Source of the DNA: Albugo candida
Taxonomy: Eukaryota
Direction of reading: 5' to 3'
Length of the DNA stretch: 64,000 nucleotides
Assembly (NCBI GenBank): GCA_040437565.1
Contig: JBDOQK010000023.1
Location: 372,001 to 436,000 of the forward strand
The translations under genes were made by a program, and so were the position numbers. Of the stretch, positions 1 through 14,220 are shown piece by piece. The notes under the pieces were generated by a model. It was not told the origin of the DNA and searched no databases. It worked only from the letters and a program-made list of their open reading frames with translations. Position 1 is the first letter of the stretch, and each line of letters opens with the position of its first letter.

Positions 1-59
1 CAGCTTTAGTCTTCATAACAGTTTGAACATCTTGAAAGGAATCAAATCATGATATAACC

Positions 60-850
60 GTTCAACCTCCGCAAAGTAGCCCACCTATTCCAGACTCGCA
101 GTCTTGCTGGTGTAACTTCGTGTAAAAAAAAGTGGGCAAGTCGCTTGACGCAAGTGTTACCTCAGTAGTTAGTCTAAGTATGGCTTTGTAATAATAGCAT
201 TGATTAGTTTGCTGGTATAGTTGTGTTTTTAATAAATCGATCTCACGATAAACTTCAACGCTTATAGAATAAGATTACCCTACTCTTACAGATAAAAAAA
301 TAGCGTTACATTGCAAATTGCTTGGTGTGCAATACATATATCCCAGGCAAAAGTTTCGGTGAAACGATGAGTAGATTTCGGTTTTTCCAGTCTCAATTGA
401 ATTATGCTTTTTCGGTTTTCTATTGTGACAGTGCTCTCAACGTCCTGAGCATAGATATACCTTCACAGCTGACTTGACTCTAACTTTCCCTCCAGATAGA
501 TTCACAATCTACAGATAACATGCGAACTTTTTGCTGCTGTCCTACCGATAACCATCTTTGACTGATTCAATGACATCGTTTTCAATCTTCATCGCCATCT
601 TCTATTTTTGTTTTGGTGGTAAATAGAGAACAATCGAGAGATTACTTGAACCTTCAATACGTATATTTTCCAGATGCATGATTTCACTTTGTAAGTCATC
701 CAGGGATTCTGGTGCTGAATAAAGATGGTTTGTTCTCTCACATAGCTGCTTTTGCATAACATCAAGAATCTGGATTGTCTGTGATATCCCTGGCTATAAA
801 TTACTCATTTCTGACATGTTAAGAGTACCCCAATGCGCAACCGTGAGTTC
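60..850 (-). mobile_element. Possible very eroded Ty3/Gypsy pol (integrase-side) remnant
   Basis: Only faint minus-strand peptide echoes (e.g. IESVKDGY, DLPTFFLHEV) among many stops; boundaries approximate. Confidence 0.2.
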
Positions 851-949
851 TTGTACTCTTCTTGTGATCCTTGATCTAGGTTTCCTTCTATAGACAGCTT
901 ATGGGAGATGAAGATCAAGTGTTGCAGTGGTTATGTCGAATAGATGAAA

Positions 950-1850
950 TTGGAATGGAATGAAATCAAGACTTTGAGGTATTCCGAATTTCAGACGCTC
1001 AAGACGCCCCGATGAAATGTTGCATAAAAGTGATGGAATGTACTCAATGTGTGGTCAAATGGTTATAAGATGTCACATACCAACAGGAACGGTATCAACG
1101 TGCACAAGGTCCGGACTGTAAACATACTATCTAATAGAGGCGCAAGCAAGTAATCACTTGCGTCTATGTTTAACCACGTGGTGGTGCTTTCAAGTCACGA
1201 TATATAATTCTGTTGATATCTGCTGCTTGCATCCATGCTTAATTTGTGTGGCAACCATGACTCCCTTTGGCTTACAGAACTGGAACCTCACTCGTTTCGG
1301 GTTCTGTACAGTGAATTTGCTGCTTTGCATTACTCCCTAAGAAGAATTGACGTGGTGTGATCGGATATAAGATGGATACATGTCGAAATTGTGTGACCGA
1401 TTCTACGGAAGAATCGATGCAAACATCGACAACCGACTCATATTAAAGCGTGTGGAAGCAATATGGAAAAACCTTGTGGACGGTGTGTGATAACGCTTAT
1501 GCGGTAGCAAGAAACACGATATAGACATGGCACTGATACAAGTGATTTCTACTATTTTCAATCAAGAATGTATGTCTCCCCGATTGCAATTACAAGGAAA
1601 AGGGTCGCATGATTACTTTCAGCACAACGAAAGCATAAACGTTCGCAAAATTGGCTTCTTGGCGGCTCGTTGGAGCAAGAAACCATCATGTATCATTTTA
1701 CCAACAAAAAACTGTTTCTTGGCATGTGCTACATCCGCATAAAACAGGTGTGAAGAGTTTGGTACTCAAGAGTCCTTACTGTCGGATATTGAAGTCGAAT
1801 TATATGCGCGTAAAAAGATAAATAAATCAGAACATGGCGTCTTACAACAC
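950..1850 (+). mobile_element. Eroded Ty1/Copia RT-RNase H remnant
   Basis: Fragments in Copia order: NGINVHKVRTV (cf. YKARLVA), FGLQNWNLTRFGF (cf. YGLKQ..WN..L..GF), WSKKPSCIILPT..FLACA (cf. WKSKKQSCVALST.EAEFVA), LKS.LSDIEV; many stops and frameshifts. Confidence 0.45.
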
Positions 1851-4800
1851 CAGACCCACCTATTGCTTTCATGTATGAAGATACTGGGCATACAGTATCG
1901 AAGGCAGCCTGCTATGCATCAAGTTCATCCTTCCTACGAACTAGTTCAATCTATCTAGCAACTCGTGACAACCTTACTCAGGAATACGTAACACTTGAAG
2001 CAGATGGTGGTACAAGGATACTAGACAAGGCTCTTTCATGAGAAGAAAGTGCCAGGTGTTGAACGAGAAAATATTCGAGGGTAGCGCACAGAACACTGAG
2101 ACGTGTTACAAATATAGCCCCTGTGTCGAAATTCTTAGTCAAAAAGGCATGGCAAGGTGCTGCTTGTACTAAGATCAGCAGAAATTATTTGACTAAGATC
2201 TCATCTGGACTTTATTGAATCGCTATGGCGCTACCTTGATACTGATCATGTTGTACACTCTTTCTGGAACAGATCGTCGATCCCTGGGAACGCTACGGAA
2301 TGAGGGAGCAGTATGTTTTTATTGAGACGTAAGATTAAGCGGATGCGAGACCGGAGGTCGATGTATCGATCCCGGGAATTTGAGCAGCGATTTGAGTCTG
2401 TGAATGAGAGAAACCTGACTCCGCATAGTCGCCATTGCTCGATGGTAGCTGCCATTTCCACATGTGGCCATCTAAATTGACAAAATAGTATCTAGCCTTG
2501 TGAGTATGAGCGTTGACTGATGTGGCCATGATTTCGGATGCTATAATAGAAGTATTTTAGGCTTTTAAATGGCAAAGAAGCTCAGACACTTATTTTGGAC
2601 ACGAGAAGAAGCCATCATGAGTAGAAGCGTTCAAGACCTGTGATGCTGCGAGAACCTGGTAAATAGTCTTAAGTCTTGTATCACGTGATCAATCTTCTTT
2701 CCATTTAGCGCGTTTCATCTCTCAATGTACCAATTACCTTTAGCCGCGATTAAGTCACCGTTGAGTCTGTACTCGAGAAATAATTTTTTTTGTTTGACAA
2801 ATGTAAGCATCCGGTAGATATGAGTTATCTTGTTATCACCCTGACACCCGTTAAATTGCCACTATGGAATCTAAGATGCCTTCTGTCAACATATATGCCG
2901 TCTGATGTAAGGAAGGGCAGGGAAGGAATGGTTTCTACGCTTGAGTCCCAAGGAGCGCTATTTGTATCGGCGAGGTGCGTCTATTGATCTTAAACGGGGT
3001 GGTCACGACAATGATGGAGCTAAATGTGAGTATATTGAAGGAGCACCAACAGTAATATGCTAGCCAAACTTTATTGTGCTACTTGTAATCGGCGCCTCGG
3101 TTTGGATTGCTCGATCAAATTGCTTCACTAAATTTTGGCAGCTTTACCTTCTATATCTCGTCAAATTCGCATTCTCGCCAAGCTCTTTAACGAAACAATT
3201 TGTTCATGACAGTGGCTACGTAGATTTGCCTCGCTGGTGTGGCCCATATCACCCACATGAACGCCAAAAGAGCTGAAACTGTCAGTGAAGTATGTGGACT
3301 TCTTGATCAAGTGATATCAACGCATACGGCACCAATCTCTTGATGCAATAATATTCAGGAGAAAAACTCAAAACCGTGGAGAAAAGAAAGTATTTAGAAT
3401 CTGAAACTACACCCTTGATCCTTGTGCTGAAAACTTATGGGCAGACCGCGGGCAAAAATCCAAGATTGGACGCAGCGAGAACGAAAAAGTTGGCTTCAGA
3501 GAAGAAAAATTCAATGTAATTGTACAAATAGGATTTCCTTGAGGATCTAAAAGGGTAACTCACGCGCTCAGAGAAAGCTAATTTTGATTGTGAACGAGGC
3601 TTCAGTTTTGCTAGAATGTGGCATAATAGAGGATGTTAATAGGGATTTTGAGCGTCGGGTCTATTTTCCGTTTCTCTCACAGCCATGCCGCTATACTTGT
3701 TGGTAGTCCTCCTGCCGGTCACTATATTGTACCATCCGAAGCAACCAAACGCGAGCTAAAGTCTTGGTCAACCCATTTGTCTCGTAGTGCCTGATTCCAT
3801 CCAATTATACAACTTTGATTACTCAAGCTAAAGTATGATACTTGACTTCGTCAAAGAAGGCGGCGACCCAAATGGACTGATCGCAACGAAACTTAGAACT
3901 TCAGACAAAAATGTCGAAATTTTTAGTACTTATGCATCATTCGCTCAGGCATTCAGGCGCTCATTTTTGGTGGTAAATTTAAGATTGCTTCAAGGCGGCT
4001 GTTCGTGATTTACGAACTAGCAAAGGTGACATTCAAGGGAACATTAATGCTCGCATGTAAATACATTTGCAATGCCAATGTCTCTTAAATGCGGTTGATT
4101 CTCGCCTACATGTCAAGTATCATCTAGATTGAGGCGTGAAAGACGGTCCTATAATACATCGCTATCTGATGCTTTCGTACAATAGTATCATCAACTTTCC
4201 TTGCATCATTTAAAGGCACAATTTGACAAGATACGTCTCTAGCCATGCTAAGTCCATCGAATCGAACAGCGTGATAGCCATTTTCTCTTTAATTTCTCTT
4301 TCCAGTCTTACGCTATTATGAAGCTTGTTGAATAAGATGGAATCAAAAAAGCTTGACACATCCTCTCATGCTTTCTTATTTAGCCATCTGAAGAAACCAC
4401 ATCAGCTCGCCGAGAGATTAAACCCAGCTTGATGTTTCTTTCGTGATATGGCACATAGTTCGTGAAAGTTCTGAATTGATTTTCGAAGTGCGCTCCCAGG
4501 TCATCGATATCAAGTCAATGAAAAATAATCAGCCTACGATCGAGTCGATTTATCACCTCGGCAATTGAGACGCGATCCACTTTGCTATCTGTTTCACACA
4601 TACTCTATCCGAAATGTCTGTTAAAGTAACAAGTGCAGTTTTTTGAGAGCGTGTTTGATTTTCTGCTCCAAGAAATCTGAAGATGCATTCTACCAACCCC
4701 GCTTTCTGGCTGTCATTTGTATTCGCCGGAGCGCTATCATTTGACTGATAATCGCAATTCTTCTGCGAGCTTGCTTTTTCTCTCAGCATACTGGAAAGCA

Positions 4801-5133
4801 AATGAGTGGAAAGGGATGCTGTAAGCGATCTCAATAATCAACACGAGACGTTCATTGTAGCGACATGATCGGATTCTAGTGCGAGATTTAGGAACATTTT
4901 CTCATACCCAATCCCTGTGAGCATATAATGAGATTCTTCGTTGCAGAGAGCTTTCAATCCATCATGTCCTCTCTATATATCAGGTCATTGTACAATTGAT
5001 ACACGCCAATTTTTTACGTAGTAGTAGATAGTTAAGACGGTAGAGAAATCTCGAAAAGTAGTTGAAGTAGTCACTACTCAATCCATCAGGATCTCCGCTC
5101 AGGATACATCGAACCCAACTCACTTCACAATCG

Positions 5134-5789
5134 ATGAAGTGGTGTTGTGCAGTACTCATTGGTGCTCTCACTGTGAAAAGCGCCCCTGATTGTCCACCGG
5201 TGGCGTTGTTTTTCGCCCGAGGAACTTTTGAGCGTCCAGGTCTAGGCCAAGTTGGGATCGCTCTTCGAGATGAGCTACAACGAAGAACTACAAACATCGC
5301 AGTGTTTCCAATCGGCTACCCAGCAACAATCGTGAATCCATTGTTTCATGAAAGCGTCCAGCAAGGTGCACAAAATGCAACCACTCAGATCCGAGAGCTG
5401 GTGAAAGAATGTCCTAATGTTAAAATCGTGCTGGCAGGATACTCACAAGGTATGATCCTATCATTTAGGTCATTCTTTGGAATATCGAATTTTTTGTAGG
5501 TTCTGCTGTGATCCATGAGATCAAGCTGAGCGATCTTGCTTCCTCCATTATTGCTATCGTCGTATTTGGAGATCCTTATCGACACTTACTACCTTCCAAA
5601 TGGCCAATTGATGCTTCTCAGAAAGTGATTTGTAAGATTTGTAGGAGGGGCGATCCAGTTTGTTTGAATGGACTCGATCTCAGAAGTCATCTTGAGTATG
5701 AAGCGGACGCCCCTGAAGCCGCGAGTTTTATCATTGATATTGTACGAAACTCCAGAACCACTCGAGATTATCCAATTTGTGATCTCTGA
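5134..5789 (+). CDS. Secreted cutinase (CE5 alpha/beta hydrolase), 2 exons (5134-5449, 5500-5789), ~201 aa
   Basis: Signal-peptide-like N-terminus MKWCCAVLIGALTVKS; FARGTFE, CP..KIVLAGYSQG nucleophile elbow, FGDP, C..GDPVC (catalytic Asp) and SHLEY (catalytic His). A 50-nt GT-AG intron (5450-5499) joins the two ORFs in frame. Confidence 0.92.
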
Positions 5790-6718
5790 GTCGCGCAGTC
5801 GCTTATGTGATCAAGCAAGATTTTGAAATGAATAACAAAAATCGTCAAACTTTTACTTTTCCATGGCCTTCTTGACAATATCTGCCGTTGACATCCTGAT
5901 TTCGACTATTTCCTACATCGAACAACATAATCGAAGTAGCCTAGTCAAGAAGGATTTTGTGCACCCTACAGCTTCGGGTTGATTGATTGGTCTAATTCTT
6001 TTCTTTTTCATCCATTTTTTCCTTGTTAGTGGTTCTGATGACTAAAAATCTAATTGATGACAGATACTGTAATTATTGAGGGATGATCTATCAATGCGCT
6101 GGCGTGTGCCAAATCTGTCTGAAATATTTTCATGTACAGATGTACAGAGAAGACCAGTGAAGCTGATAAGTCTTGAACTCGATCTGAAAAGCGCTTCATA
6201 TTATGACAGAGCTGTGGCAGCTTTCATTCAATTTAGAAGTCCTTAGTATAAATGGATTCCTCTTGTCATGTTTCGCTGTTGAAGTAACCTTGTTCTTCAA
6301 TTCACGAAGCAGTTCAGCAGCGAAGGCGTTAGCAAAAATAAACAAAAGCAAGGCTTTCATGAGCTTCATTATTAATTGAAGTATCTGTTAGGCAAAAAAT
6401 AAACGGAATGCGTAGGAAGTACACACAGCTTTCAGAGCATATCCTCAGTAGTAGGTAAGCTGTTGCTCTGAGATAGAAAGACCAACTTCGCTTTTATATG
6501 AGCTCTTCGTGACAATAGATTCCTTATCGTAGGTAATTCTGCGCAGTTCACACGATAAGCCACTCGATTTTCCATTCGTTCTTGTCCCATCCATCAGCTA
6601 TCAACTTTGCGACATGAAATAGACATTCTTTTCGTTTTTTTGCTAGATGCTGTCAGTGTCCAGTGAGGTTCATCTCCAAGTCAGAATGAACGCAATGAGA
6701 TCGAATAAACTCAACTGG

Positions 6719-7944
6719 AATTAATGAAACGAGGGAAGGAATTTTAAATTTCACATTGTGGATATCTCCAGCACACAATCCTCTCTTCGCTCCACAGCAA
6801 CTCAAGAAAGACAATCACAGGATCGATGACCTAACTCGTTCTTGCGTTATCACCCTCGGTACCGCCTTGTCAGATAACATCATGAGACAGATCCCTTGGG
6901 AGCAACATTTGCATTATATATACTTCTACCGAAGACGGAGCGAATGGAGCGAGAAATTCCTTATACTTTCGAAAGAGCGTTGTAGCAGTCGACCAACGAA
7001 CAACACCTCATATATCAAGCTATCTCGAGTAAAATTCCGCTGCAATGCCTATGTGTTGAAAAAAAGCAAAAATATAGGTCAGGTGGGCGATATTGACGAC
7101 AAGCACATAATACCTGGCGCAGAAAACGAGTCTTGAAAACTCTAGTCTACATGATCAGCAAGGTCTGCGAGAATGGCTGTTGTTCGGTTTATCCTTCATC
7201 TCTATCCTTATGAATGCATCGAATATTTGACCTGCATTAAATATACTGAGAATCGAACGTTACAAACCTAAACTGGCTCGTNNNNNNNNNNNNNNNNNNN
7301 NNNNNNNNNNNNNNNNNNNNNNNNNNNNNNNNNNNNNNNNNNNNNNNNNNNNNNNNNNNNNNNNNNNNNNNNNNNNNNNNNAATTAATGAAACGAGGGAA
7401 GGAATTTTAAATTTCACATTGTGGATATCTCCAGCACACAATCCTCTCTTCGCTCCACAGCAACTCAAGAAAGACAATCACAGGATCGATGACCTAACTC
7501 GTTCTTGCGTTATCACCCTCGGTACCGCCTTGTCAGATAACATCATGAGACAGATCCCTTGGGAGCAACATTTGCATTATATATACTTCTACCGAAGACG
7601 GAGCGAATGGAGCGAGAAATTCCTTATACTTTCGAAAGAGCGTTGTAGCAGTCGACCAACGAACAACACCTCATATATCAAGCTATCTCGAGTAAAATTC
7701 CGCTGCAATGCCTATGTGTTGAAAAAAAGCAAAAATATAGGTCAGGTGGGCGATATTGACGACAAGCACATAATACCTGGCGCAGAAAACGAGTCTTGAA
7801 AACTCTAGTCTACATGATCAGCAAGGTCTGCGAGAATGGCTGTTGTTCGGTTTATCCTTCATCTCTATCCTTATGAATGCATCGAATATTTGACCTGCAT
7901 TAAATATACTGAGAATCGAACGTTACAAACCTAAACTGGCTCGT
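6719..7944. repeat. Gap-flanking direct duplication (6719-7281 repeated at 7382-7944 across 100 N); assembly overlap artefact
   Basis: Identical 126-aa ORFs at offset 663 either side of N-run 7282-7381. Confidence 0.9.
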
Positions 7945-8800
7945 AGAGTCCATGACTCCATAACATTTTTCCATTGCAAGGTGCCGATTAGAAACACCAA
8001 ACTGTAACCTTATCGACCAAAAGGATTAATATTTGCTGTATATTTCCCTAGAGTATCTTCTCTGGCAATGATTATCCCCATTCGCAAACTATGCATCTCT
8101 CAACTTGCAGACAAATTCAAAATTGGCATTCTGACGAAAGCGCCACGTAGACTTTGTCTGAAGTTGTCATGGACGTTTAAAGGTTCGTGGATTTGCTGAC
8201 ATCTGCTTCGGGAGTTTTATGCACCTTCCGTTAGTGCTGACCCCGATGCGGTGGTTCTGTAACGACTTCAAACAAGAAACGAACCTGCCACATGGGGGAA
8301 ATGCAAAGGAAGGCAATGTTAGAAGAAGAAAAAGATAACGAGCATGCATAATAGACTGAGTTCTAGATTAGCCACTTATCAGTCGGGTAACTTCTTCTCC
8401 ACGCATGAAAAAGGTTAAAGACTTACATAACGACTGGTGCTTCCAATTATATGCCCGCCTGGAAGCTTGTTGGCCTAGAATCAAGGCTTGGAAGCAGCCA
8501 TCAAATAGCCTGGACCAACGATAATGAATTGTGTCCGCAGGCAATAGTGCATTCTTTCGAAAAAATCAGATGTGATTCTCATGTGGCTGACCAGCCAAGC
8601 ATGGATCAAGAAATGGTACAGGACCATGAATGAACAAAGTAACTTTGAATTACCCATTACAGCGCCATTCATACTAGAAGATAGGGTATTTTAGCACATG
8701 CCGAATAGGAGGATTGGATTGACAACGAATTCATGGGAACTATATGCGATTATCTCCGACCATGCTAGTCCAATGAGTAGGCTACTCTAATAAGAATCAG
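6740..8800 (+). mobile_element. Eroded Ty3/Gypsy RT-RNase H remnant
   Basis: KKDNHRIDDL (cf. KD.YPLPRIDDL), QIPW, GDIDDKHII (cf. YIDDILI) in ORF 6756-7136; later AWTND, APFILE, WELYAII (cf. ELLAIV) at ~8500-8760. Confidence 0.45.
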
Positions 8801-10499
8801 TCATACAATGAAATTGGTCGCGAGGAGGCCAAAATCGACCCCTCCTCCAAGGACGATATTTTCAGTGATCAGCGTTTCATTGATCGCAAGCACCATAATT
8901 ATACAAGCAATGTTTAGTGCTGAAGCTTGATAAAAGTGATCAATCGATAAGAAAATTTCCTGTCCTAGCATTTTAAAGATGCAAGCAGCGAGAATGCATG
9001 ACTTAAACCGAGCGGAAGTTCTTGGAGTAACCATTTGCTATGTTCGCAGGCATGTAGCAAAGCAATCGGGGGATTAGTTATCATACAATGTATTGCGTGA
9101 CTGACGTGGAGCAAGTCTGATGGACTGCATCAATTAAACCTCATTCGAACAAAGTCAATTCCAATCAACATGTTGATTCGAAATTGAGAAAAATGCCTTT
9201 AGCGAAGCGAGTAAATGAGAAGGAGATAGAATCGGTGATGGTGGGGAAGTGCAGCCGAGAAAGCCCCACTTTATTCTTAAAATTGCTCTAGAGCTGCTGA
9301 AGGGTTTTATCCGAACAAGAGCAATTACGCGATGAAGATATGGTTTGCTTGAATTAGAAGTCTGACTTAGTTCGACTTGCTGCAAGGTCACCCAGCATTA
9401 TACCCATCGACATAGGAAGCATCTGGCAATAAGATTGTCGAATGTGAAACATGTCTGCTAGAAATGTCACGATATGATTTGTGCATTACCAAGAGAATGC
9501 CCTTGGAGCATGTACACGTATAGACGGCTCAAGGCTTGATCATGCCAAATAAAGTAATAAGCCGATGGATCGAGAGCATGCGTATTTCTGATAAATCAAT
9601 CGGTATGACCATGCAAAAAGCTCGTTAGTAAGGCACGAGGAAGAGGGAGCGTATATAGTGTCATGAATGTACTTTGTGTCGTGGAGATAACGTCGGAAGC
9701 TGTTATCAAAGATTTAATATCGTGATGTTCTTTTGCATTCTTATCGAAGGTAAGATCCCCTTAGCTCTGCTACAGACTTGTGATTGATGTCTATTGTCCT
9801 TCGATATAACACTTGCCTTCTTGATCAACGAGAGGGTGTGACTAAAAACCACTTACTGTCGCGTGTTATTAGAAGTAACGGTCAAGCCTTCAGCTATGAT
9901 GTTGAACACTTCCAAGTACTGCAATTGTCACGATGTTGTTCGGAACGCTGTGATAATGTGATTTTGGGGAAAGCGTAATATGCGCCGCAGAAATAATGAT
10001 TGAGGGTCTTCTCACCCTAGTGAATGTCGGGCTTATACTTCCTATTTCTTTCAAAGTTGGTCACTTGAAAGCGAATAAGACTTTCCGTCTCATATATAAA
10101 GGTATTGATTGCACCTCAGTATAGCACGAATGTGAGTTGCCATAAAAAAAGCAACAACATGATACCAGAAATCCAGATACCAAAGCAATGGAGCTTATCC
10201 ATGCAAGCCCACGATACAGGAACGCAACCGCTTTAATTTGAAAGTGAATAGAGGAAGGAAATCCATATTAGTAATTCATCAGCCAAGAATTATCCAAATT
10301 GAACAATATATCATCTAGCAATGAATTCAGGTGAGCGTGTCGAAAGCAAGCATGCTGAGAATGCTGCTCTGGTCTCTAGCAGACTAAATTGTATCACAAT
10401 TAGATGAGATTAAGACCTTGGAAAAGCAACTGAGATGTGAGGTGATCCATGGTTGCAGACAGTAAACTGGACGGATAAGTGCAGGAATGCTCATTTGGC

Positions 10500-12100
10500 T
10501 TTAGCGAATAAGTGGGATAAAAACGTCCAGGCATGGGAACCACCGTGTTCATGCGCGGAATTGGCAATTGAGAGATAGTATTTTTGTTTTCAGTTGCCTA
10601 AATGAATGAACTATTGACTTTGAAACTCGGTGAACACTTTTTATCAAACAGAGAATTCGTGCTATTAATACAAATCAAGAATTTATCTGGATTATTAACG
10701 ACCAAGACAGATGCAATCGATATGGAAACTCAGCGACGTGATAGTGCTTGCACATCAAGTCTCAATGAGCATATAGTTAGAATCACAGATCCGGTTGATA
10801 TATACGGTATGCACCAAAGAACTTGATTCTACAACGAAGTAGCGCCAAAACTCGCTGGGAAAGTCTACATATGCAGAGATCTAAACGGGGGAAATGTTAA
10901 CCTGTGCTTGTCGATGCAAGCTACAGAAGACTCAATCAATTTGGACGAACAAATTGAGTACAGTTATTGAAGTCTGTTGAAGGAGTATGATGGCATATAT
11001 TTCAAGCAGTTTAATCATCAAACGCGGAGATCCTTCCAGTCTACCACGCCATGCAGGGCATTATGCTTGAGAGGAACCTACCTCGAGACGAAATGTCGTA
11101 GTCCTCTGTTCATTTACAAGCAAAGTGTTATGACCATACAAACGACGCTGAAACCAGTATAAGGTACAGGTTACTAAAGTAGAAGAATTTCGGTCAGTGT
11201 TACTCGCAATTGTAGTTGCTGCGAGTCATCAATAGCACAGCCCGAAATGCGTGTACCGAAGCGTGGTGTCAATCATCAGGACTTGTGCGGCCAATTCACT
11301 TAAAGATGGAAGTGGCAGTTTGTTGAGCCAGATGAAAGCTACATGCTTGCTAAGCCTCCTCTAAGTGGTATAAATGGGCTGAGTCTGACCTCCTCGTTGC
11401 CTCGACTCGGTTTTATCTACGCTGAACGGACTAAATCCGGATATTTGAAGTAAAAACGACCGTCACATGCATTCCTAGGCATCCCCATGTTTGATGCATT
11501 TGAAACCTACTAGGAGAACCTAATCCATTCGACAAAGCCTGCTAACCACTTCTCTTTACCCTGCAGTTGACTCGCAAGTCAAATCTTCCATCTTACGTAA
11601 GATTGTTGATACAGCATGCTATATCTCTCCGTAAAGGATGGTGAAACAGATCGAAGGTCTGAAATCATCCAACCAACTTGGTCTGCGTATAGCAAGCAAA
11701 CCCTTGGAAAATTTCATTCACGCTTCCAAACAAATTATCTACTTATCGATCACAGGTTTTGCAACTGGTCAGGCTAAACATGGACTGAAGAAGCGATGAT
11801 TATTTGACTCACGAGTCTAAGCGAGTTTAAAGACGGTTGAAAAAGGCGTTGCTTGTCTGCGTAGAATCCTGTCAAATATATCGTGCTAGTCAAAACTTAT
11901 GTCCCAGATGAGCCCAGATTGGCTGCGGTAGACCTCGCTGTTATCACATCGCGACATACTTGAAAAGGCTGTAGAAAGATTGGTCGAATTGCCATGTCAA
12001 AAGTATATCGGACCTGATGGAAGCGGTTACGACATGAAAGAAGCCATCATTACTAGAACTGGATGAACTATTTACATTGAGAAATGTGCAGAGCTGAATC
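10500..12100 (+). mobile_element. Second eroded Gypsy-like pol remnant
   Basis: LLKEYDGIY, SPLFIYK, DAFETY*ENL and a DH-type RNase H echo in the expected order; heavily decayed. Confidence 0.3.
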
Positions 12101-12449
12101 GTCCACCATATGGCCTGTAGGATGGGCTAATGGGTCAGAACGGGAGTACAAGATCAGGTAACATTAGTTCGACCTTGAGGCTGCCAAGAGCCGCAGGACA
12201 CTGTAGTAAGAAGCTTCCGCATCCAAACGACAAACATACAGATGCGCCCATTCATTTACCATTTTCCATTTGCAGAGGATCAACTGCCAAATGACGCAGA
12301 ACATGATATTGTGCCTTATATGTGGAAAATGCCTCCAGAGAGGAAGCATGTTTGATACATGTGCTCAAATGATGTTGCCAGTGGTTCTCATCTTAAGCGA
12401 GAGATAAGTGACCAATAGTTAATGAATTACTTGTTTTAGAGCGAAGTCT

Positions 12450-13100
12450 TTTTGTCCCCATATAAACGTGCGTCTCTGCGACCTCATCAGAGCGATTTGA
12501 AGGATCTGCCGATTTCTTCTTCGTGTAACCAGCGCATTTTAGGTGAACTTCCACATCCGGTAATGGCATCTGGTTCTATACTGATTTCTCTTCGTGATCA
12601 GAAAATCATTTCACTTCACGGCTCCGGTTGTAGACTGATTCGCAGCAACTGCGCACTAGAACCCACCCAATGCTTTTGACAGATAATGCAGTATCCACTC
12701 GATGGCGATTCCAATTGACACAACCAAGCTTACTCCTAAATGACCGATCCCTCAGCTAGTGGCCGCGACAAAAATCAGAAGAACGGGTACGAGGCGCAGG
12801 TAGGCGATCAGGTCAGGCTTGGTAGATACGCTGCTGAGCAGTGAAGACACAAGTGAGAAATTTGGTTTTTGCTCCAGCACATAGGCGCTGATATCGTGTA
12901 TTGAATGGGGCCTCTTCTATGCAATTGTGATGAATAACGGCCTAATTTGATATCAGGGCGACACTGGCTCCCATGCTTTGGCTCGACGGATTTATCCTGT
13001 CCTCGAATGCGTTTTTGAAGCATTGAGTTCTTTTACGGCCCTGATGAATGATCACAGAGCTTGATATCTGTGCTCACGAAGTGATTCCTATGTGCGGACA
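12450..13100 (+). mobile_element. Possible decayed LINE endonuclease (APE) fragment
   Basis: KIISLHG (cf. IISVYAP), GDSN (cf. GDFN), NDHRA (cf. SDHR) in order. Confidence 0.25.
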
Positions 13101-13130
13101 AACAGGAGCACTTCGTTTCACAGGGGATCC

Positions 13131-14220
13131 TTATGGTATGTGTACAGGGCACTCAATGTCGATTGTGCGTGGATCGTGAGCCGAGAAAAAGAACGGGTTC
13201 GGAAACGATATTTTGGTCGCATGCAAATACATTCGCTGCGGCAACATTTCTTTCTTCAAAGTGGTTGAAGTTCGCCCTCCATATCTGATGTCTCCTAGAA
13301 TTGGAGCGTGAAGAACTGTTGCACAATGTATACGTAATTGATGCTTTCGTCCTGTTATTGGCCACAGTTTCAGCGATTTTCCATGCGGAAATCGAAGATT
13401 CAGATTCTCAAAATTCTCTTCTGTTGACACTGGTTCCACCGCTTTGTACAATGTGATAGCTTCTTTTCCATCAAGGATACTTTCCACCCTCCCATTTTTG
13501 GGAACCTCGGTCGAATGGGTTGGGATAACAAAAGCTTGATACACTTTCTCAATCTTTCTATCTCTTAATAATTCGGAGAATGCCGCAGCTGCACGCCGAT
13601 GCCTTGCAATCACAACTAAACCGGATGTTCCTTTGTCGATACGGTGAACAAGTCGTGGTAGTTCTGGACATATTGAGAAGTGAGTTTCTGGTCCATCGGT
13701 TTCGCGTAATCGCTTTTGGAACAGCGGGAAGTAATACGCTAGCGATCGAGTTGATTTATCGCCTCCCTACATAAAGCAGTTGAGACAGGTCAAACAGGCC
13801 ACAAAATTGTACCTGAACGGCAAGACCCGATGGTTTATCAAGAATAAAGAAATTGCCATCTTTGTATTGAATTCGCTCATACAATTTTTCGAAATATCCC
13901 TTGTCAGATAAATTGAATGTGTCTTTGGAAGGTAGAAATCGCTTGCGTTGCTGCGACAACTCATCAAATACATTTTGTCGAATAGCAAGCACGTTGCCGG
14001 GTTGTAGCTTTTCACTCGCCCGCGCGCGTCGTCCGCTTTGATGCGTTGTTTGGCTCGCTATTAATCGGATATTTCCTTTTCGAAGCTGCTTTTGGATGAA
14101 AGAATTAGGTACTTCTTTGAATTCTTGATCCAGCCATCGATCAAGACGAATATTGTGATCGTTTGGTGATACTAATCGCTCAAGCCAATGACGCCCCGAT
14201 TGTCTCCAATTTGGCGTCAT
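13131..14220 (-). CDS. RluA/RluC/RluD-family pseudouridine synthase with N-terminal S4-like domain, 2 exons (14220-13813, 13766-13131), ~347 aa
   Basis: RLDRWL S4-like start, DKPSGLAVQ|GG, catalytic HRIDKGTSG (in the spliced exon-2 start), TGRKHQLRIH, PILGDIRYG, LHA; 46-nt GT-AG intron 13767-13812 restores frame. Confidence 0.9.

Noticed and set aside
6756-7799. Two identical 126-aa ORFs as a tandem gene duplication
   Set aside because: They flank an N-gap (overlap artefact) and the peptide looks like decayed Gypsy RT
12465-12495. Hammerhead-like CTGATGAG plus stem on the minus strand
   Set aside because: No GAAA after stem II and no closing stems
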